Below the pieces are notes generated by a model. It saw nothing but the letters and a program-made list of their open reading frames with translations. It made no database searches and was not told where the DNA came from. A DNA stretch of 64,000 nt from an uncultured SAR86 cluster bacterium (GTDB lineage Bacteria; Pseudomonadota; Gammaproteobacteria; Magnimaribacterales; AG-339-G14): NCBI GenBank assembly GCA_902562135.1, contig CACESE010000006.1:7231-71230 (forward strand), in the 5' to 3' direction. The stretch's first letter is position 1. The number at the start of each line of letters is the position of its first letter. Positions 31,560 through 41,259 of the stretch are shown one piece after another. Made by a program: the position numbers and the translations under genes.

Positions 31560-33374
31560 GTGAGATTTCAGTTTTCGAAAATTTTATTTGTTTTATTGGT
31601 TTTAACAATAGGCATAATTTTTTCACTGCCAAATATATTTCCACCAGATCCATCTGTACAAATAACTACTTCAAGTGTAGGAGATGGATTCTCAGAAAGA
31701 TTTGTTGAGGATTTAGAAAATAAAACTCGAATTACAGACATTCAGAACTTAGTTTTCGAGAAAAATGATAAATCTATACTAATAAGAACAAAAAGTTATC
31801 AAGATCAAATCAAACTAAAAGATTTTCTTCAAAAAGAGCTAGATGAAAATTTTGTGGTAGCTTTAAATTTGGCTGCCAATACGCCAAATTGGCTCAAGTC
31901 TTTAAATGCAAAACCAATGAAATTAGGGCTTGATTTAAGAGGGGGTGTAAATTTCCTTATGGAAGTTGACACAGATTTACTAATAGAAACAAAACTTGAA
32001 TCGACAGCTTCCGTTTTGAGAAATTCTTTGAGAGACGCAAGAATAAAAGTTAATTCGATCAATGTTGAAAGAAACAAAATAGTTTTAAATTTGAGCGATG
32101 AAGAAAAACTAGAAAATTTCAATAAAATTGTCTCAGATATAGGAATATTGGATGTAAGTTTTTCTCAAAATTTAAACTATGAGCTCTCGTTTTCTGATCA
32201 AGAAATTGAAGATACTATCGAATATGCTGTTCTTCAAAATTTGACTACACTAAGGAATAGAGTTAATGAATTGGGGGTTTCTGAGCCCGTAGTTCAAAGG
32301 GAAGGAGAAAAAAGAATATCAGTTCAATTGCCGGGCATTCAAGATACTGCTGAAGCAAAAAAAATAATTGGTAAAACGGCAAATTTGGAGTTTCGTTTAG
32401 AAGCAAAAAATAATTCGTTAGCTTCCAGAGTAGAAACTTTTCCATATCGTGGCTTAAATACAAAATTAGAAAAAAAAATAATTATTTCTGGAGATCGAGT
32501 CTCTGATGCAAGTGTTGGTTTCGATGAAAATGGATTCCCTCAGGTTAACATCTCTCTAGACTCAGATGGCGGAGCTCAAATGCATAGAGCTACTCGAAAC
32601 AATGTAGGCGTAAGAATGGCCGTTTTATTTGTTGAAAAAAAAATTAGATCATTAAATGATAACGGAGCAACCTCAATCAAAAACTATTACGATAAAAAAA
32701 TTATAAGTCTTGCGACCATTCAATCTGCTCTTGCAAATCAATTTAGGATAACTGGATTGGACTCTCCTGCAGAGGCTTCTGAGTTGGCTTTGCTTCTGAG
32801 AGCTGGAGCGCTCGCAGCGCCTATGAACTTTGTTGAAGAGGGGACCATAGGACCATCACTCGGAGCTGACAATATAAGGCTAGGTATAAATTCTTTAATT
32901 TTAGGTCTTTCATTAGTACTAATATTTATGGTGTTTTATTACAAAGGGTTTGGTTTAATTGCAAATCTAGCTGTCCTTTTAAATCTAGTTTTAATTGCTT
33001 CAGTAATGTCAATTTTATCAGCAACCTTAACCCTACCTGGCATTGCCGGAATAGTTCTAACCATTGGTATGGCGGTAGACGCAAACGTACTTATTTTTTC
33101 CAGAATACGAGAAGAATTACAAAGAAATTTAAAACCTTTAGAAGCTATTACATCGGGATATGATAGAGCATTTATTACAATTGTAGATGCAAACTTAACA
33201 ACCTTAATTGTTGCTTTAATTTTATATATTGTTGGAACAGGCCCTATTCAGGGCTTTGCAATTACTCTTTCAGTTGGAATTTTAACTTCAATGTTTACTG
33301 CGATCTTATTTACCAGAATGCTTGTTTTTTTTGTTTATGGCAGAAGACGTAATGTAGAAAAAATTTGGATATAG
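31560..33374 (+). CDS. secD: Protein translocase subunit SecD
   Basis: LGLDLRGG, RVNELGVSEP, IGPSLG, GMAVDANVLI. Confidence 0.96.
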   Translation: MRFQFSKILFVLLVLTIGIIFSLPNIFPPDPSVQITTSSVGDGFSERFVEDLENKTRITDIQNLVFEKNDKSILIRTKSYQDQIKLKDFLQKELDENFVVALNLAANTPNWLKSLNAKPMKLGLDLRGGVNFLMEVDTDLLIETKLESTASVLRNSLRDARIKVNSINVERNKIVLNLSDEEKLENFNKIVSDIGILDVSFSQNLNYELSFSDQEIEDTIEYAVLQNLTTLRNRVNELGVSEPVVQREGEKRISVQLPGIQDTAEAKKIIGKTANLEFRLEAKNNSLASRVETFPYRGLNTKLEKKIIISGDRVSDASVGFDENGFPQVNISLDSDGGAQMHRATRNNVGVRMAVLFVEKKIRSLNDNGATSIKNYYDKKIISLATIQSALANQFRITGLDSPAEASELALLLRAGALAAPMNFVEEGTIGPSLGADNIRLGINSLILGLSLVLIFMVFYYKGFGLIANLAVLLNLVLIASVMSILSATLTLPGIAGIVLTIGMAVDANVLIFSRIREELQRNLKPLEAITSGYDRAFITIVDANLTTLIVALILYIVGTGPIQGFAITLSVGILTSMFTAILFTRMLVFFVYGRRRNVEKIWI

Positions 33375-33378
33375 ATTT

Positions 33379-34281
33379 ATGAATATTCAATTTATGAGAT
33401 TTAGAAAAGTTGCCTTAATGATTTCAGGAGCTTTGTTAATTACTTCTGTAATTTCTTTAACATTTAAAAATTTAGAGTTAGGCCTTGATTTTACCGGTGG
33501 CGTGCTACTAGAGATCAAGCTTAATGAAAACTTAGAGAGCTTAGAAGAGATTCGAACTCTTCTTATTGAGAAAAAGATCGAAGATTTTATTTTAAATTTT
33601 TCTGGTTCTCAAAATGATGTGATCATAAAAATACCAGGACAAATAGAAAGTGAAAGTTCTGAGCTTCTTAAATCTGTTTTACGTGAGAACTTCGAATTTG
33701 ACCTGAGAAAAGAAGAGTTCATTGGACCGCAAATTGGAGAAGAATTAAGAGACCAAGGTGGACTGGGATTACTTTTAGCTTTGGCAATAATGACTATTTA
33801 TATAATGTTTCGCTTTCAATATAAATTTGCAATTGGAGCAATTTTTGCCCTTGTTCATGATGTTTTAATAGTCTTAGGCTTGTTCTCTTTATTCTCTATA
33901 GATTTTGATTTAACAGTTTTGGCGGCGGTTTTGGCGGTAATAGGATATTCATTGAATGACACCATAGTTGTTTCAGACAGAATTAGAGAAAATTTCAGAA
34001 AAAAAAGAAGATCAGAAACTATTCCGCTTATAGATAGATCTTTGAATCAAATGCTAGGAAGAACTCTTATTACTTCCTTAACCACTTTATTAGTCCTTTT
34101 AGCTTTATTGATATTTGGTGGGGATGCAATTCAAAATTTCTCAATTGCGCTAATAATTGGTGTGATTGCTGGAACTTACTCTTCTATATACGTCGTGTGT
34201 AATACCTTAATTTCATTAAATGTGATTGCAGATGACTTGGCAATTAGAAAAGCTGAAAGATTTGATGATGGAATGCCTTGA
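33379..34281 (+). CDS. secF: Protein translocase subunit SecF
   Basis: GLDFTGG, GYSLNDTIVVSDRIREN. Confidence 0.96.
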   Translation: MNIQFMRFRKVALMISGALLITSVISLTFKNLELGLDFTGGVLLEIKLNENLESLEEIRTLLIEKKIEDFILNFSGSQNDVIIKIPGQIESESSELLKSVLRENFEFDLRKEEFIGPQIGEELRDQGGLGLLLALAIMTIYIMFRFQYKFAIGAIFALVHDVLIVLGLFSLFSIDFDLTVLAAVLAVIGYSLNDTIVVSDRIRENFRKKRRSETIPLIDRSLNQMLGRTLITSLTTLLVLLALLIFGGDAIQNFSIALIIGVIAGTYSSIYVVCNTLISLNVIADDLAIRKAERFDDGMP

Positions 34282-34282
34282 C

Positions 34283-35080
34283 TTACTTAAAGGAGTTTTT
34301 TACATCTTTTAAAATCATTTCAACGCACTTTTTATTGCCAGCAATTAAGTGGTGAGAATTATCAACAAAATCTTCTCCAAAAAAATTAGAAACATAGCCA
34401 CCAGCTTCTTGGACAAGTAAAACTCCTGCGGCAAAGTCCCAATGTTTCATTCCATACCCTACAAAAGCATCTAGCCTCCCTGCGGCAACATAAGCTAAGT
34501 CAATTGCAGTCGAGCCAGTACGCCTTAGAGTTAGATTGTGACTGTATAGCTTTCTTATTACACTCAATGTATCTAATTCCGGCTCAATCTTACCCGAATG
34601 AAAAGAGTTACAAAGCAAAGAATTTTTTAGGGATTTAATTTTTGAAACTCTTAGCCGTTCTTGATTTAGATAGGCTCCTTTTCCTTTTGATGCAAAGTAT
34701 TCGTCGTCCCTAGTGATGTCATAGATAACTCCATGAGACAAAATATCATTTTCATAGCAAGCTATTGAAATTGAATAGTATGGGAAACCGTGAATAAAAT
34801 TTGTTGTTCCGTCAATTGGGTCTATGACCCAAAGTAATTCAGCGTTATCTTTCCCAGATCTTCCCGATTCTTCGCAAAGAAAAGCGCTGTTTGGAAAAGC
34901 TTCGCTTATAGACGAGATAATAATGTTTTCAGCAATAGTATCTACTTGTGTGACAAAATCGGTAGGCCCTTTTTCATAAATTTTTACCTTATCCATCCTA
35001 CGAGAAAATTTATGAATTTCTTTAGCTGCCAATCTTGCTGCTTTAATAGCTATATTTATTTTTGGTTCTTTCGATTGCAC
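34283..35080 (-). CDS. suhB: Inositol monophosphatase family protein SuhB
   Basis: DFVTQVD, WVIDPIDGTTNF, WDFAAG. Confidence 0.92.
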   Translation of the reverse strand: MQSKEPKINIAIKAARLAAKEIHKFSRRMDKVKIYEKGPTDFVTQVDTIAENIIISSISEAFPNSAFLCEESGRSGKDNAELLWVIDPIDGTTNFIHGFPYYSISIACYENDILSHGVIYDITRDDEYFASKGKGAYLNQERLRVSKIKSLKNSLLCNSFHSGKIEPELDTLSVIRKLYSHNLTLRRTGSTAIDLAYVAAGRLDAFVGYGMKHWDFAAGVLLVQEAGGYVSNFFGEDFVDNSHHLIAGNKKCVEMILKDVKNSFK

Positions 35081-35116
35081 AAAACAATTGTAAACTATTG
35101 CTCAAGTTACGGCAGA

Positions 35117-35848
35117 ATGAATAAAAAAAATAATATTGATATCGAATTTATTTTGGTTGAACCTTCTCATCCAGGAAATATAGGCGCTTGTGCAAGGGCT
35201 ATCAAAAATATGGGTTTTAAAAAATTGGCGTTAGTTAATCCTAGAAAAAAAATTACCGAAGAAGCATTTCACAGAGCAAAAAGTGCAAAAGATATTTTAG
35301 AGAATACAGTTATTTATAAATCATTTGACCTAGCTATAGGAGAAAAAAATTTAATTTTAGCGACTAGCGCTAGAGAAAGAACTATTCCTTGGCCCACTTT
35401 TTATGTGGACAAAATAAGCGACGAGGTTAAGCGTCAAATAAAAACAAAAACAACCAAAACAGGAATTGTATTCGGAAGGGAAGATAATGGACTCTCAAAT
35501 GAAGAGCTTCAAAAATGTCATTACCATTTAATTATTCCAGCTAGTGAAGAGTATTCATCTTTAAATCTTTCTCATGCTTTGCAAATTGTTGCTTTTGAAA
35601 TAAGAAAGATTGTTTTTGATAATAAAATTTTAAAGACAGAGGTTAGAGAGGTTGTCTCAAACTTAGAGAATGAGAAATTATTAGAACATTTGATGGAAGT
35701 TTTAAAAAAAATTGATTTTTATGATCCTAAAAGCTCTAAACAAGTTAAAACGAGAATTGACAGACTAATAAAAAAAACTAGATTAGATAAAATCGAAATG
35801 GGTATTCTTAGAGGATTTCTTTCTAAGATTATAGACTTTGAAAAATAA
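35117..35848 (+). CDS. trmJ: tRNA 2'-O-methyltransferase TrmJ (SPOUT)
   Basis: LVEPSHPGNIG, FGREDNGLSNEEL, YSSLNL; start moved to ATG 35117. Confidence 0.92.
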   Translation: MNKKNNIDIEFILVEPSHPGNIGACARAIKNMGFKKLALVNPRKKITEEAFHRAKSAKDILENTVIYKSFDLAIGEKNLILATSARERTIPWPTFYVDKISDEVKRQIKTKTTKTGIVFGREDNGLSNEELQKCHYHLIIPASEEYSSLNLSHALQIVAFEIRKIVFDNKILKTEVREVVSNLENEKLLEHLMEVLKKIDFYDPKSSKQVKTRIDRLIKKTRLDKIEMGILRGFLSKIIDFEK

Positions 35849-35878
35849 TTCATTCTGATACAATCGATTCTTCGTTGA

Positions 35879-35953
35879 GTCCCCTTCGTCTAGCGGTTAG
35901 GACACCGGGTTTTCATCTCGGCAACAGGGGTTCGATCCCCCTAGGGGACGCCA
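35879..35953 (+). tRNA. tRNA-Glu(TTC)
   Basis: Acceptor GTCCCCT/AGGGGAC, anticodon loop TTTTCAT, GTTCGAT, CCA end. Confidence 0.95.
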
Positions 35954-35960
35954 TAAAATC

Positions 35961-35977
35961 CGCTCTTTTTAGGTGCA
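35961..35977. promoter_or_regulatory. Possible NtrC-type site upstream of glnK-amtB
   Basis: CGCTCTTTTTAGGTGCA resembles TGCACC-N5-GGTGCA; only the right half is perfect. Confidence 0.35.
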
Positions 35978-36121
35978 TTCTGTAAAATTTTAGTAAAAAA
36001 ATGTACGATTTCCTTACGTTTTATGTTTTTTTAGATTCCTTCTGGTCAAAATTGTTGCCTTTTGCAAAGTTTTAAAATAGCTCAATAAATTGTATGAATG
36101 CTGTGCATTTGTTAAATATTT

Positions 36122-36472
36122 ATGAAACTTATGTCAATTGTTGTGAAACCATCAAAAGTCGAAGCTGTTAAAAGTGCTATTTCATCTGTAGGTGTAAGCG
36201 GCGCCACTATCTTAGATGCAAGAGGTTTCGGTTCAACAAAGGGGCACACAGACTCTTATAGGGGAGCTCAATATCAAGTGGATACAAATCCCAAAGCTAT
36301 GTTGCAGGTCGCATGTAAGGACGAGAGTGTTAATGACATTATAGAAGCGGTTCGTAGTGTAGCTAATACCAACACTATTGGGGATGGAAAAATTTTCATC
36401 ACAGAACTTTTAGATGTAATACGCATTAGAACTGGTGAAACCGGTGAAGGTGCAATTAACGGAGAATATTAA
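36122..36472 (+). CDS. glnK: PII nitrogen regulatory protein (divergent)
   Basis: GFG..KG...YRGAQY T-loop, IGDGKIF, RIRTGE; directly upstream of amtB. Confidence 0.9.
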   Translation: MKLMSIVVKPSKVEAVKSAISSVGVSGATILDARGFGSTKGHTDSYRGAQYQVDTNPKAMLQVACKDESVNDIIEAVRSVANTNTIGDGKIFITELLDVIRIRTGETGEGAINGEY

Positions 36473-37710
36473 TGGAAGAAATTAAATTTTCATTAGACAC
36501 ATTCTATGCTCTTATGTCGGGAGCTTTAGTTATGTGGATGGCTGCTGGTTTCACAATGTTGGAAGCTGGTTTAGTTCAGAAGAAGGATGTCTCTGAGATC
36601 GTTACTAAGAATTTAGGATTGTATTCAATCGCATGTGTCATGTATTTGGCTTGTGGATTTATTCTTATGTATCCTGGCTCAGCATTGATTGACGGAATTC
36701 TTCCAGGAATAGGAACTTCATGGTGGTTATCTACCGCAGATCCTATAGAAGAGATTGGTATACCTTATGGTATGGATTATTCACAACAGGCTGATTTCTT
36801 TTTCCAAGTTGTTTTCGTTGCAACAGCTATGTCGATTGTTTCAGGAGCGGTTGCAGGTAGAATGAAACTATTACCTTTTTATTTATTTGCTGTAATTCTT
36901 ACTGCATTTATTTACCCAATCCAAGGTTACTGGAACTGGGGTGGTGGTTTCTTAAGTTCAGGTGGTTATTCTGACTACGCTGGATCAGGAACAGTCCACT
37001 TATGCGGTGCTGCTGCAGCGTTAGCTGTTGTTACAGTTTTAGGTCCTAGAAAAGGCAAATATAATGCTGACGGTTCTGTAAACCCTATGCCTGGATCAAA
37101 TATTCCATTAGCTGCTTTAGGAGCTTGGATTCTTTGGTTAGGTTGGTTCGGATTTAATGGCGGTTCAGAGCTTGTAGTTAGTTCTGAAGCTAGTGCAATT
37201 GCTGTAAGTCAAGTATTTTTAAATACTAACATGGCAGCTGCTGGTGGAGTAATCGCTGCATTATTAACAAGTTTATTTGCAACAGGAAAAATGGATGTCA
37301 CCATGGCAATTAATGGTGCCATTGCCGGTCTAGTTGCAATCACAGCAGGTCCAAGTGCTCCTACTGGCGGAGAAGCCGTATTCATCGGTGCAGCTGGTGG
37401 TGTGTTGGTTTACTTCTCAATTCTTTTCTTTGATAAGACATTGAAAGTTGATGACCCTGTTGGCGCAATTTCAGCTCACGGAACTGTAGGTATTTTAGGT
37501 GTAATGGTTGTTCCTTTCACTTCAGATGCTTCTTTCCTATGGCAGTTATATGGCGTACTAGCTATCGGTGGATTCACTTACATAGCAAGTTTAATAGTTA
37601 CATTTATTATAAATATAATTATGCCAATCAGAGCAACTGATGAAGAGCAAGATGCAGGTCTTGATTCTACAGAAGTTGGGGTATCAGCTTACCCAGAATT
37701 CTCAGATTAA
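36472..37710 (+). CDS. amtB: Ammonium transporter
   Basis: DYAGSGTVH, WFGFNGGS, DDPVGAISAHG (twin His retained). Confidence 0.95.
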   Translation: MEEIKFSLDTFYALMSGALVMWMAAGFTMLEAGLVQKKDVSEIVTKNLGLYSIACVMYLACGFILMYPGSALIDGILPGIGTSWWLSTADPIEEIGIPYGMDYSQQADFFFQVVFVATAMSIVSGAVAGRMKLLPFYLFAVILTAFIYPIQGYWNWGGGFLSSGGYSDYAGSGTVHLCGAAAALAVVTVLGPRKGKYNADGSVNPMPGSNIPLAALGAWILWLGWFGFNGGSELVVSSEASAIAVSQVFLNTNMAAAGGVIAALLTSLFATGKMDVTMAINGAIAGLVAITAGPSAPTGGEAVFIGAAGGVLVYFSILFFDKTLKVDDPVGAISAHGTVGILGVMVVPFTSDASFLWQLYGVLAIGGFTYIASLIVTFIINIIMPIRATDEEQDAGLDSTEVGVSAYPEFSD

Positions 37711-37722
37711 TTTCTCCCTAAT

Positions 37723-37756
37723 AAAAAGCAGGCAAGCCTCCCTTGCCTGCTTTTTT
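37723..37756 (+). terminator. Intrinsic terminator after amtB
   Basis: AAAAAGCAGGCAAG-CCTCC-CTTGCCTGCTTTTTT. Confidence 0.9.
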
Positions 37757-37798
37757 CTTTTTTGTTTATAACTAAAGTTAAAAGCTAAAATTAGATCA

Positions 37799-39805
37799 AT
37801 GAAATTTTTTTTCGTACCACTATTTTTTTTGTTTCCTTTAATTCTGTCCTCAACGATAGAGGAAGAGATAATAGTTACAGAATCAAATTGGCTTTTTTTA
37901 CCTTCTATTGACCAAATAAATCAAGAGGAAATAGAATTATACAATTCTCATCATTTCAAAGAATTATTGAATTTGTCATCAGGCGCTTGGATAAGTCGAG
38001 GGTCTGGACAGGAAAGTTTAATTTCATTGAGATCGCCTGTTTTAACGGGATCAGGAGCTTGCGGATCTTTTCAGATTTTAGAGGATGGAATTCCAATTAG
38101 GCCTGCGGGCTTTTGCAATGTAAATAATCTTTTTGAGGTTGCAGAAAACTTATCCTCAGAAATTGAGGTGGTTAAAGGTCCTTCTAGTTCCATGTTTGGC
38201 GGTAACGCTATGCATGGCGTAATAAATGTTAAATCTACAAATATTGACGGAAACAATAATTTAAATTTTCAAGTAGATAAAAATGAATCAGTGAGAAGTA
38301 AATTTCTTTATAAAAGTTTAGAAAATACTGCAGTAGGATTTGAATTAGTAAGTGATAATGGATTCAGGAATCATTCTGGATTTGATCATCAAAAAATTAT
38401 TTTAAAAAACTTTAATAATATTCAAGATTTGTCATTACAAACATTAATTAGTTTTACTAATTTGAACCAAGAGACTGCAGGCTATATAAATTCATATTTT
38501 TATCCCACCAGAATAGAAAATATTAATCCCGAGGCTTATAGAGATGCCAAATCTTTGAGGATTAAGACAGAAATATCAAGAGGTTTAAAAAAATATAACA
38601 TTTATTTTACGCCTTATTTAAGATTTAGTTCGATGGAATTTATTCAGCATTATTTGCCTGGAAAGCCTATTGAAAAAAATGGCCAGAAAAGTACAGGCCT
38701 TACAATCAAGTTATCAGAAATAGAAATAAATGATAATTTTTTTGAAATAGGTAGCCAGGTAGAAATAGCTTTTATTAATCTAGATCAGTTTCAACCAGAT
38801 GTATTGAATTCTCCTAATGCTTTTAACAATGCAGTTAGGCCACAGGGTTATCACTATGATTTTGAGGTTGTAACTAATTTTTTTGCTGGTTTTATTTCTC
38901 ACGAAATTGAACTCAAGAATAACTACAATTTTTTTTCGAATTTACGTCTAGAATATCTCAATTACGATTATGACAATTTAATGTCTGACGGTCGTTTAAA
39001 AGACGATGGAACCGCATGCGCTAGAGGCGGGTGTTTTTATTCAAGACCGGCAGATTCTGAATTAAGTTTTAAGGATTATTCTTATAGACTAGGACTCTCA
39101 AAGATTACAAGTATCGGAAATATTTTCCTTCAATTTAGTAAGGGGCATCGTCCTCCCCAGATTAACGAATTATTTAGGCTTCAAAAATCTCAGGTTCTTG
39201 CAGAGTTAGATTCAGAAAAAATAGACTCAATTGAATTAGCCTTGGAAAATAAAGGAAATGATTTTTTTAATAAATTAGTTTTCTATTATTCAAAAAAGAA
39301 AAATTACATATTTAAAAATTCTGATTCTAGTATGGTGCTTGGCGGAAAGTCTAGGCATAAAGGAATCGAAATTAAAGGGGCAAAAGTTCTGAATAATTCT
39401 TTTTCAGTAAAATATGCCCTAAATTTAGCTGGACACTACTATGATTTTACTAACCAAGATATAGGAGTGGCTTCTGGAAATGAAATTGATACTAGTCCAA
39501 ATCTTTTTGGTAGCATTTTTATAAATTTTCAAGCTTCGAATAAATTAAATATTGAGATAGAGCAAGAATTTATGGATGAATATTTTACTGAGCCCTCGAA
39601 TGCTTATATTTATAAAGGGCACAACTTAACAAATCTTAGAACTTCTTTTGAAATGAGTGATGCCATTAATTTAAATCTCAGTATTTTAAATCTTTTTGAT
39701 AAAGAGTACGCTGAAAGAGCAGACTATTCTTTATTTACTGGAGAAAGATTTTTTCCAGGAATTCCTTTAAAGTGGCGTTTGGGAATTAACTACAAATTCA
39801 ATTAA
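37799..39805 (+). CDS. TonB-dependent receptor
   Basis: Signal peptide, EEIIVT TonB box, IEVVKGPSSSMFG plug motif, NLFDKEY, terminal YKFN. Confidence 0.9.
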   Translation: MKFFFVPLFFLFPLILSSTIEEEIIVTESNWLFLPSIDQINQEEIELYNSHHFKELLNLSSGAWISRGSGQESLISLRSPVLTGSGACGSFQILEDGIPIRPAGFCNVNNLFEVAENLSSEIEVVKGPSSSMFGGNAMHGVINVKSTNIDGNNNLNFQVDKNESVRSKFLYKSLENTAVGFELVSDNGFRNHSGFDHQKIILKNFNNIQDLSLQTLISFTNLNQETAGYINSYFYPTRIENINPEAYRDAKSLRIKTEISRGLKKYNIYFTPYLRFSSMEFIQHYLPGKPIEKNGQKSTGLTIKLSEIEINDNFFEIGSQVEIAFINLDQFQPDVLNSPNAFNNAVRPQGYHYDFEVVTNFFAGFISHEIELKNNYNFFSNLRLEYLNYDYDNLMSDGRLKDDGTACARGGCFYSRPADSELSFKDYSYRLGLSKITSIGNIFLQFSKGHRPPQINELFRLQKSQVLAELDSEKIDSIELALENKGNDFFNKLVFYYSKKKNYIFKNSDSSMVLGGKSRHKGIEIKGAKVLNNSFSVKYALNLAGHYYDFTNQDIGVASGNEIDTSPNLFGSIFINFQASNKLNIEIEQEFMDEYFTEPSNAYIYKGHNLTNLRTSFEMSDAINLNLSILNLFDKEYAERADYSLFTGERFFPGIPLKWRLGINYKFN

Positions 39806-39815
39806 AAAATTTTAG

Positions 39816-41186
39816 GTGAGTCATTCTAAAAGCTCTGAAGAGTTAGCTGATAATATTGAAAGCGTTTCTAGTCCAGAAACCTTATCGATATGGGGATTAG
39901 CATGGCCTTCAATTTTGGCAAATATTTTATTTGCTGCAGCAGGAGTAGTTTCTATTAAAGCCGTTGGCGTTCTTGGAACTGAAGCAGTTGCTGCTGTAGG
40001 AACTGGACAGAGAATTTTATTTGTCATTCAATCAATAATTATGGCGGTTTCTACTGGGACTGCTGCACTGGTGGCTAGAGCTTTTGGTTCCGGTAATTAT
40101 AAAGAAGCTTCACAGGTACTGTTAGACTCTCTATGGATTGGTTCCGCATTAAGTTTACTTGCATCTTTATCAATGTGGTTCTACGGAGAATCAATTATTT
40201 CATTCTTTGGTTTAGATCCCGAGTCAAAAAAATTGGCGGTTATTTATATTAAGTACACCATGTTGTTTTCAATAACTTTTTCTTGCTCATTTATTTTCAG
40301 CTCGGCTTTAAGAGCTGCAGGCGACGCTAAAACACCTTTGGCAATTATGATTTTTCAAAATCTTTTAAATATATATTTACTGATTGGTTTGGTTAATGGG
40401 CAATTTGGATTTCCAAAATTAGGAGTTTTGGGAGCTTCATATGCGTGGGGTATATCATTTACTGCCGGAACGATTATCTATCTGATTCTTTGGCTTTCAA
40501 AAAAGACAATTATTCCTGTTCCCAATATAAGGGGCATAATATATGAAAGAGTTAAGTCAATAATTAGAATTGCAACTCCTGCCACCTTAGAATCTGGCGT
40601 TTTTCAATCGGGGTTACTATTTTACTTCTGGATAATTTCTTTATACGGAACTGCACCCAGCGCTGCATACAACATTGGAATAAATATTCTTATGCTGTCT
40701 TTCATGATTGGTCAGGGCTTTTCTATCGCTGGAGCAACACTAACTGGACAATTTTTAGGAGCCAATAATCCAAGAGAAGCAAAGCGAAGTGGTTGGAGAT
40801 CTGCAGGATTATCGATCATTTCTATGGGCTTTGTTGGACTTTTAATTGCTGTATTTTCTAATGACATATCAAGATTTCTTGTCGATGATGATGAAGTTGT
40901 AAGATTGACAGTAATATTTGTATGGTTTTTAGGCTCTATGCAACCATTGATGGCAATCGAGTTTGCGATAGGCGGAGCTTTGAGAGGAGCTGGCGACACA
41001 AAATCACCATTAGTCATAACTTTAATAGGACTAGTATTCTTTAGGTTATCTATTGCTTTGTTATTTTTATTATTTAATTTACCCGTTGAATACATCTTTG
41101 CTAGTTTAATGATTGATTATCTTGTTAAAGCAATTTTATTTGCCTATAGGTTTAATTCTGGTAAGTGGATAAAAATTAATATATAG
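39816..41186 (+). CDS. MATE family efflux transporter
   Basis: LAWPSI, ALRAAGDAKTP and ALRGAGDTKSP repeats, about 12 TM helices. Confidence 0.92.
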   Translation: MSHSKSSEELADNIESVSSPETLSIWGLAWPSILANILFAAAGVVSIKAVGVLGTEAVAAVGTGQRILFVIQSIIMAVSTGTAALVARAFGSGNYKEASQVLLDSLWIGSALSLLASLSMWFYGESIISFFGLDPESKKLAVIYIKYTMLFSITFSCSFIFSSALRAAGDAKTPLAIMIFQNLLNIYLLIGLVNGQFGFPKLGVLGASYAWGISFTAGTIIYLILWLSKKTIIPVPNIRGIIYERVKSIIRIATPATLESGVFQSGLLFYFWIISLYGTAPSAAYNIGINILMLSFMIGQGFSIAGATLTGQFLGANNPREAKRSGWRSAGLSIISMGFVGLLIAVFSNDISRFLVDDDEVVRLTVIFVWFLGSMQPLMAIEFAIGGALRGAGDTKSPLVITLIGLVFFRLSIALLFLLFNLPVEYIFASLMIDYLVKAILFAYRFNSGKWIKINI

Positions 41187-41259
41187 CTAATTATTTATAT
41201 TTTTTGCTTTTTTAATGTATTATTTACGTAATTATTAATAATTATCTGGGAGAGATATT

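Noticed and set aside
36043-36058. Possible sigma54 promoter TGGTCAAAATTGTTGC before glnK
   Set aside because: GG-to-GC spacing is 11 rather than the required 10
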